The notes under the pieces are model-generated. The model was not told where the DNA came from, did not search any database, and saw nothing but the letters and a program-made list of their open reading frames with translations. From a virus (Duplodnaviria; Caudoviricetes), in the IMG/VR virus record IMGVR_UViG_3300010355_001062, positions 11,321-75,320 of that record: a DNA stretch of 64,000 bases; one strand, 5' to 3'. Positions 58,191 through 64,000 of the stretch are shown here, one piece after another. Both the position numbers and the translations under genes were made by a program. Every line of letters starts with the position of its first letter. Positions within the stretch are counted from its first letter, which is position 1.

Positions 58191-58456
58191 TATTCCCTGT
58201 TTAATAGATTAGCTAATAATTGCATAGCTCGCCCAGTTGTAGCTGCTCTTGAGCCTAGATCGTATAATGCCATAGGTATTAGCTCTGGTTCCTTGAATGG
58301 TGCTTTAACAAATTCCAACTCTACTAGCTTACGGCTACCGTCAGGATATACTATCTCAATGAACTTATCGTCTACCCGTTCGATCTTAGGGCACTGTCTA
58401 AGATTATCTAGTAGCTCTTCCAATTCAGCATCACTTTTAAAAGTACATTCTGCCAT
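58190..58456 (-). CDS. hypothetical protein
   Basis: Coupled ORF. Confidence 0.6.
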   Translation of the reverse strand: MAECTFKSDAELEELLDNLRQCPKIERVDDKFIEIVYPDGSRKLVELEFVKAPFKEPELIPMALYDLGSRAATTGRAMQLLANLLNRE

Positions 58457-58472
58457 TTTGCTTGATTTTAGT

Positions 58473-58502
58473 GTAAGGGAGCCTATGTTCTGACTCCCTT
58501 AC
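58473..58502 (-). terminator. hairpin
   Basis: GTAAGGGAG...CTCCCTTAC. Confidence 0.5.
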
Positions 58503-58507
58503 AGGAT

Positions 58508-58939
58508 TTAGCCCTGAGTTTCGCCTTCGGTGTCGTCTTCGGTGTCGTCTTCGGTTGGTTCTTCTGGAACGGCTGGAGGTTCTGGCACTACACGGGAAAG
58601 CTCACCAAGCAGGTTTACCTGATTAGTAAGAATATCCAATGCCTGACCTTCCTGCAAGGCTGAGAGACCGCCTTCAGCTACAGCGTTACGCAGAGTAGTG
58701 ATTTCAGCTTTTTGGGCTTCGATCAAAGCATTCTGACGTTCGATGTCGGCTTTGAGGTTCTCGTAATAAGCGGACTGCGCCTCAATAAGGGCTTGGAACT
58801 TCGCTTGATTGTCCATGATAGTATTTAGTTTGGTATTAATGATTCGAAATTGGTCAGCTGTTAGGCCGTTTACAGTTATGAGTGGCATATTAGTAGCTTT
58901 TAGTAAGTGCATATAAATAACTGCGTGACATGAAGCCAC
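58508..58939 (-). CDS. coiled-coil protein with acidic tail
   Basis: Heptad segment; EEPTEDDTEDDTEGE; true start probably MPLITV. Confidence 0.65.
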   Translation of the reverse strand: MASCHAVIYMHLLKATNMPLITVNGLTADQFRIINTKLNTIMDNQAKFQALIEAQSAYYENLKADIERQNALIEAQKAEITTLRNAVAEGGLSALQEGQALDILTNQVNLLGELSRVVPEPPAVPEEPTEDDTEDDTEGETQG

Positions 58940-59561
58940 TAGTCACGCTCATAGCCGTTACTTCTTGAGTATTTGCAAGTATGCGATTATCGAAAGTGCG
59001 CATTACGATTACATCTATGTCATCCACGTGTAATAGGGAAAAGAATTCCCATGTACTAGCTTCGACTCTAGCTTGTAGCGCACTATTCATAGCATTGCTC
59101 AATTCTGAATATGGCGTATTATCTGGTAGTATCACATGTGGAGCTGAAAGACCATTCTCAGTTTCGTGAAGTAGTATTTTTCTATTGCGCCTGTCCCCCG
59201 ATATAATGAAATACATAGCCGTCAAGCATGGCGCTTTGAATAGGCTATAGGCATAAGAGCTTAAATCAAAATACTCAGCAGCATTATAGCGAGTGGTTAG
59301 GAAGTCTTTTAGGCTATAAACATCGTTACGGTTAGTTTCTAAGAAGCTAGGGTCTATGTAATAAGACACATTGTCCATCGAATGACCATGAGCATAACCA
59401 CCCTGGCGTAGACAATGTACCATCAGGCCCGCTTTCTTGAATTCCATACATGGATAAGATCGCTTGACCTGTATAGCCTTTTCTTGCAGAAGCTCTTCGA
59501 GGTCAATCTTGTAGCCGATTATGAAAGGCCGATCGTATGTAGCTATGACTAGATTATGCAT
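58890..59561 (-). CDS. hypothetical protein, possible degenerate Nudix-like C-domain
   Basis: Coupled ORF. Confidence 0.65.
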   Translation of the reverse strand: MHNLVIATYDRPFIIGYKIDLEELLQEKAIQVKRSYPCMEFKKAGLMVHCLRQGGYAHGHSMDNVSYYIDPSFLETNRNDVYSLKDFLTTRYNAAEYFDLSSYAYSLFKAPCLTAMYFIISGDRRNRKILLHETENGLSAPHVILPDNTPYSELSNAMNSALQARVEASTWEFFSLLHVDDIDVIVMRTFDNRILANTQEVTAMSVTSGFMSRSYLYALTKSY

Positions 59562-60303
59562 TTTTCCTACGTTTTAGTAGCTCCTGATAAGCTTCAGTAC
59601 TTATGTAATTAGCCTCGTCTACCCAAGCCTTAGCTATCGAACGTTGTTCCCTTTCGAGTATTTCGACTATTTCGGATATATCCAAAGCCCACTTGAAACT
59701 GGCATCGGGCATATCCTCATAATATTCGTAAGGAATAGCCATAGCTCCAGGTAACGCAGTAGCTTCCGTGGTAGCATAAGCAACATGATAATGGCTGGTT
59801 GACCATAAGTCTTCGACAGGAGGGCGTATAGCCAGCAGTTGCCAATGTAATTGAGCTAATGTGAAGCTAGCCTTCGCCATTTCATTGAAAGTTGGTTTTG
59901 ATAGCTCGTGCGTATAATTGCCTATAAGTGGCATGAAGTTATCAGCTCCAGGCCACATAAATATCGACTTGAGCTCTTTGTTGAAGATAAATCCAGCTAG
60001 GTGCCTTGGTGGGAATATATGGCTCACGAAATCATCAATAGATGAATAAATACGCATCCTTGAGCTTAGCCTGGAAGCTAGCATAGCCGCCTCAGGTGTA
60101 GCCGACTCCGGCAACATGATAGCAGCTTCTATGCCTAAGAAATAGAACTCATCTTTATTAGTGACATGCAGGAATTCGAATGCAGTGCCTATAAAAGCAC
60201 GTTGAGGATAGAACCTAGCTGTAGCTGTTAGCTTCTTAGCTATTTTATTAACTATGAGCTTGAAGTTCCGAGTGGAACTAATAATGTAATAGTTTTTTAT
60301 CAT
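59554..60303 (-). CDS. hypothetical protein, possible degenerate Nudix-like C-domain
   Basis: Own promoter. Confidence 0.65.
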   Translation of the reverse strand: MIKNYYIISSTRNFKLIVNKIAKKLTATARFYPQRAFIGTAFEFLHVTNKDEFYFLGIEAAIMLPESATPEAAMLASRLSSRMRIYSSIDDFVSHIFPPRHLAGFIFNKELKSIFMWPGADNFMPLIGNYTHELSKPTFNEMAKASFTLAQLHWQLLAIRPPVEDLWSTSHYHVAYATTEATALPGAMAIPYEYYEDMPDASFKWALDISEIVEILEREQRSIAKAWVDEANYISTEAYQELLKRRKNA

Positions 60304-60319
60304 AAATCCCTGATTTTCT

Positions 60320-60351
60320 TCAAGATAAGGATATTTTTGGATAATTCCAAA
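60320..60351 (-). promoter_or_regulatory. Bacteroidota-type promoter variant
   Basis: TTTG-N20-TATCTTGA. Confidence 0.6.
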
Positions 60352-60366
60352 TAATCCAATGAATTT

Positions 60367-60747
60367 TTATATAGCCACATTCTTATACGGTAGTTTATCT
60401 CTGTCACTGCATTCCACAACTAATTTAGCAAAATGCTTATTAGTATAGTCAGTTATACGCATGATACTAGAACAAGCATATATCAAACCCGGTTCGAAAG
60501 TACGAAATAGCTGAAACGAGCAATAACCCTCAAGCATAGGTAAGTTAAGTTCTAATGGTTTAACATTCTCCCATTCGATCTTTTGTTCGAATAACTTCTC
60601 TGTCGTTTCTTTAAACCGTTTAGCTAGGTATACATCCTTTCGCATATCTACTAAACAAGGCCACAGGCTATCGGCGAATTCGAATAAACCTATTCTAGTA
60701 CCTGTGTCGTTGTAGATTAAACCTATAGCGTATGGTGTTGTTTTCAT
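60367..60747 (-). CDS. hypothetical protein
   Basis: Coupled to monooxygenase stop. Confidence 0.6.
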   Translation of the reverse strand: MKTTPYAIGLIYNDTGTRIGLFEFADSLWPCLVDMRKDVYLAKRFKETTEKLFEQKIEWENVKPLELNLPMLEGYCSFQLFRTFEPGLIYACSSIMRITDYTNKHFAKLVVECSDRDKLPYKNVAI

Positions 60748-62189
60748 AGTTTAATTAGTTTAGTATAACCATATTCCGATTTCGCCATAACGGTTACAAA
60801 ATATACCCCAGCTGATAAATCGGATATATCTATAGTCCGTGCAGCAGTTAAGCTCTTCACTACTCGCCCTGCTGTATCGTATATACATACTAAACCTTCT
60901 ATAGGTAAATTGAATCGATCCCTAGCAGGATTTGGATAGCCTACCAGCTTTAGCTTAGGCAACTCCGTACTACTAGTTTTAACCCCATTAGCTAAGTCAA
61001 GCAATTCGTCACCTAACTTATATTCAGTGAAGGTAAAGTACACTAACATCATTTCGTCCGAGCTACTAGCACCGTCACGAATATTACGATTGGTGTAGTT
61101 ATCGTATGTAGCTTCAGCTTGTAATACATCCCCAACATTAGCTATTAAAGGCGTAGGTAATTCATAACCCAATTGCCAATGGAAATTCCAGTTGTTGATC
61201 CTGATAATTCTAGTAGTATCTTTAGCAGTGTTAAGTTTCCACACTTTAACACTCTTGCCCACAGAATGCATGTGGGGCATGACCGAAATCATAGTTAACT
61301 TTTTAACTATACTCGATTCCGCACTAAAAATAGTAGTTTTATTAGCTGGTATAAACAAACCAGTAGCGAAATGGTTTAGCAATGGCTCCGTTTTCAGTTC
61401 GCGTAATTTGCTTGAGCTTAATCTAGCTAAGAAACTAGTTTGATCTTTTTGTCCCATTGAACCCGGTGCATAATGCACCTGTATAATTATTGTAGCTGCT
61501 TTTGCTAGAAATTGCCCCATACCCTTCGGGTAAATGGTAGGATCAGACCCAGGAACCCAAGCGCCTATTTGCTTTGCACTAGCTGAACCTACTCCCCAGT
61601 AGCTTGTGTAACCCAGCTCTTTATCTAAAGCATCTAGCTTATAGGGGATATTAGAAGTATCAGCATATACCAATATATGATGCACTATGTTTTTGTTTCC
61701 CGGAATACATTTGAAGCTAGTTATAAATTGATCTAATGATAATCCAGTAGGCAACGGGAAGCATCGATAGACATCGCCATTATTAGGCACTGTATATTCT
61801 GGTATAGCTATTTCTAAGTCATGGGGCCAGAATTCATTAGTATAGACTGGTGGTATAGGTGTATCTTGTGGCCTACCGTAGGGAGCTGAACTACGTACCC
61901 ATTCCTCTATTAAGTGAATTTCGTCGGCAGTCATCAAACGCTCATTCTGAAAGTGAGAGTAGCTTGGGTCAGCTGGCCAGGGCGGCATACGCAAATTCTT
62001 CGTAGAATAGGCTATACTATAGCGGTTAACGTATGTTTCTTCGTATGTTACCAGCGAGAATGGTGCTATGCCATTATCATTATGGCAGGAAGTACAGTGC
62101 CGATATAAGATAGGAGCAATGTCTAGCGTCCATACTGGAGTGTGGCACTGCGCTTGCAGTGCCACTAATAAGATAAATAGAGTTCTCAT
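60744..62189 (-). CDS. secreted heme c / copper type II (PHM-like) monooxygenase with T9SS C-terminal domain
   Basis: Hydrophobic leader; CTSCH and MPPW; VHHIL, QVHY, PHMH, DEMM; YPNP...IYDTAGR...IDISDLSAGVYFV...KLIK. Confidence 0.88.
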   Translation of the reverse strand: MRTLFILLVALQAQCHTPVWTLDIAPILYRHCTSCHNDNGIAPFSLVTYEETYVNRYSIAYSTKNLRMPPWPADPSYSHFQNERLMTADEIHLIEEWVRSSAPYGRPQDTPIPPVYTNEFWPHDLEIAIPEYTVPNNGDVYRCFPLPTGLSLDQFITSFKCIPGNKNIVHHILVYADTSNIPYKLDALDKELGYTSYWGVGSASAKQIGAWVPGSDPTIYPKGMGQFLAKAATIIIQVHYAPGSMGQKDQTSFLARLSSSKLRELKTEPLLNHFATGLFIPANKTTIFSAESSIVKKLTMISVMPHMHSVGKSVKVWKLNTAKDTTRIIRINNWNFHWQLGYELPTPLIANVGDVLQAEATYDNYTNRNIRDGASSSDEMMLVYFTFTEYKLGDELLDLANGVKTSSTELPKLKLVGYPNPARDRFNLPIEGLVCIYDTAGRVVKSLTAARTIDISDLSAGVYFVTVMAKSEYGYTKLIKL

Positions 62190-62665
62190 AGATATTGCTT
62201 AAACTCCTCTGGAATATCCAAAGCTTGCACTGTAAAGCGAAACCCTGGTGTAGTACGGGCTTTACCGGCTAAATCTTCCAGTAGCTCACGCGCCTCGGAG
62301 TCGTCACTAGTAGCGAATTTCTTATTCTCGCTAGTAGTTATGTACAAGTGCTTTTTAGTCGGTAGTTTCACTAGTTGCTGGAATTGTGGGTCATCTATAT
62401 TAACTTTGAGCACGTAATTCACTCCTTTGCCGGCCTCATCATAAAATAGCACGGAAATAGTGTTATCCGGTAACATACGCACATGACATGGTTGGGAGGC
62501 GTACTTCTGTGTTATCTCCAGCCATTGCTCATCTGTGAACGATCTGGTGAGATAGCGGCGTTTGGCGCCTTCGTGAGTAAAATAGCCTTGTTTACGCATT
62601 AGCTCGGGCTTATAGCCCTCTAGCCATGTGCGAAAATGCGAGAAAGTAGAATAAACAGCAGCCAT
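62186..62665 (-). CDS. hypothetical protein
   Basis: Coupled ORF. Confidence 0.65.
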   Translation of the reverse strand: MAAVYSTFSHFRTWLEGYKPELMRKQGYFTHEGAKRRYLTRSFTDEQWLEITQKYASQPCHVRMLPDNTISVLFYDEAGKGVNYVLKVNIDDPQFQQLVKLPTKKHLYITTSENKKFATSDDSEARELLEDLAGKARTTPGFRFTVQALDIPEEFKQYL

Positions 62666-62737
62666 TAGTTAGTTGAGTTATAGTAGATGAATATTAAATA
62701 CAAAAATAGTACTGTATAGTAGCTCCAATCAAGCAAG

Positions 62738-63595
62738 CTAGGAGTAGAGTCCGGTACGTATAAACTCCCTGATTTTCTTCCATTGACGATAGCTGAGCAT
62801 ATAGCTCCTAGCAGCGAGAGCTCGTAGCTCATTCTCGACCTCAAAGCCGTCAGTAATTGCCGCAGGTAACCCTGGTAATGAGCTAGCCCGTTCAGCTTCG
62901 GTTTCAGCGAATCCATGTTCTATAAGTTTTACAGTGCTTAAAGTGCTGGGATAATCCAGAAAAAAGCAATAGCCTTTTGAGAGTAATGTGCGATTTGGTA
63001 TAAGCTTACCTGGAGCTATTCGTTGTCCTAATTGCTTAGCATCTATGCAGACATCGATATATTTAACAAGTATTTGCTCCAATGCTAATGTTGTCTGTAT
63101 AGGCTTAACCAAAGGGCTCTTGCTTATGGTTATGATCATATCTAGCAAGCTAACACCAGAGCAATCAGAGTCTACATAGTAGTAGCCAGGTTCATTAACT
63201 ATTTCGGTAGGGCAATCGCAATACATTATGTGCATATTGCGAATGTGATTTACTTCCAGCCCGTACTTCTTTTTGAGTGCATCACATTGCTCTGTACTTG
63301 CTATATAGTATAGCTTGTAGGAAAGAAGCTCGTCGAGATCAAAGAAAGGCTCCAAGTGATCAGGCAATTCGCTATCTGGCATTAACCGTGTCCATTCATC
63401 CAAATAGAAATGGCTACACGAATTAGCCAGGCTAGCTTCGAATACTAATATGCTATTAGTACCAAATAACGTAGCCTCCCTATCGTTGTGGCGTCCATCA
63501 TGCACGAAACAAATCTTAGGATTGTCTTTCAGCCATTCACGATAAAAATCAGGCACAGGGTAATAAATTCTATTCATCAGTTTGAGTTTGTCCAC
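62738..63595 (-). CDS. hypothetical protein
   Basis: 285 aa ORF. Confidence 0.7.
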   Translation of the reverse strand: MDKLKLMNRIYYPVPDFYREWLKDNPKICFVHDGRHNDREATLFGTNSILVFEASLANSCSHFYLDEWTRLMPDSELPDHLEPFFDLDELLSYKLYYIASTEQCDALKKKYGLEVNHIRNMHIMYCDCPTEIVNEPGYYYVDSDCSGVSLLDMIITISKSPLVKPIQTTLALEQILVKYIDVCIDAKQLGQRIAPGKLIPNRTLLSKGYCFFLDYPSTLSTVKLIEHGFAETEAERASSLPGLPAAITDGFEVENELRALAARSYMLSYRQWKKIREFIRTGLYS

Positions 63596-63821
63596 AATTA
63601 TAAATTCCTTTCTTTCCGCATTTCTTGCATGTAACGTCGGCTTCCATCATTATCGAGTAAGGCCCATCTAAATGGGATGTATTGGTATACTCGGGTTCGC
63701 ATATAATCCCATAACAGGGATTAAGCCATAGCTGTAAACGGTGTTTTATAGTTTTATACCAGCGCTTATACCATTTCGCTCGAGGTGTTTTCAAGCTACT
63801 GAAGTCAATATTCACGGCCAC
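63570..63821 (-). CDS. small hypothetical protein
   Basis: CKKC motif. Confidence 0.55.
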   Translation of the reverse strand: MAVNIDFSSLKTPRAKWYKRWYKTIKHRLQLWLNPCYGIICEPEYTNTSHLDGPYSIMMEADVTCKKCGKKGIYNCGQTQTDE

Positions 63822-64000
63822 CGATTTCGAATAACTTGAAAGCCTCCAGCGACGGGTCTCGGTGTAGTATTAGGTTATACTCAGCGCAACGTAATGTATT
63901 TTTAAGTTTTTGGATGTGAGTCTGCGTACGGCTATCATAGTGTATACGAGCATCTCCGATGGTACTATGAGCATACTTAGTTCTAGCCGTACCATTACAC
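63805..64000 (-). CDS. 3' end of a gene entering from outside the window
   Basis: 64 open codons from 63999 to TGA at 63805-63807. Confidence 0.5.
   Translation of the reverse strand, partial: CNGTARTKYAHSTIGDARIHYDSRTQTHIQKLKNTLRCAEYNLILHRDPSLEAFKLFEIGGREY

Noticed and set aside
62145-62189. Lipobox in the monooxygenase leader (LQAQC)
   Set aside because: Poor lipobox match; A-Q cleavage plus a T9SS CTD fits SPI better, though not excluded
62665-62916. ORF 62665-62916 as a full gene
   Set aside because: Mostly overlaps 62738-63595; only a short hydrophobic 3' part is free, without a clear start
1003-63179. Most plus-strand ORFs and nested alternative-frame ORFs in the track
   Set aside because: Antisense or out-of-frame shadows of well-supported minus-strand genes, with no motifs or promoters
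1-64000. Genome-wide TAG-to-Gln recoding
   Set aside because: Long early and late genes are intact under code 11, and TAG at 63570 overlaps the next start like a normal stop; only one suspicious TAG seen
1-64000. Prophage, tRNA or rRNA genes, terminase
   Set aside because: No integrase, att-like junction, host genes, cloverleaf, rRNA-like sequence or terminase motifs recognised; they may lie outside the window

Overview
64 kb slice of a large tailed (siphovirus-like) dsDNA phage, almost all on the minus strand, with no host housekeeping genes, integrase, terminase, tRNA or CRISPR in view. The host is very probably a Bacteroidota: about 15 intergenic TTG/TTTG-N19-20-TAnnTTTG-type promoters, a T9SS C-terminal sorting domain, and signal peptides followed by Gln. 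In window order: (1) 1-22.4 kb replication, recombination and nucleotide metabolism (Dda-like, SF2, UvrD-like and DnaB-like helicases, SbcCD, 5'-3' exonuclease, SSB, family A polymerase with a UDG-like domain, primase), plus a four-gene cytosine hypermodification-like cluster and a hairpin array that may be the origin; (2) 22.5-25.5 kb resolvase, lysis genes and a subtilisin; (3) 25.6-47.2 kb virion genes in an unusual order, including four signal-peptide-bearing fibre-like proteins; (4) 47.4-64 kb small early/accessory genes, many with their own promoter. Best leads: the base-modification cluster (thymidylate-synthase-fold enzyme, FkbM methyltransferase, glycosyltransferase-like protein, kinase-dNTPase fusion), a phage-encoded heme c/copper monooxygenase with a T9SS signal, and the apparently exported fibre proteins. 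Family calls come from motif recognition and memory, not from database searches.
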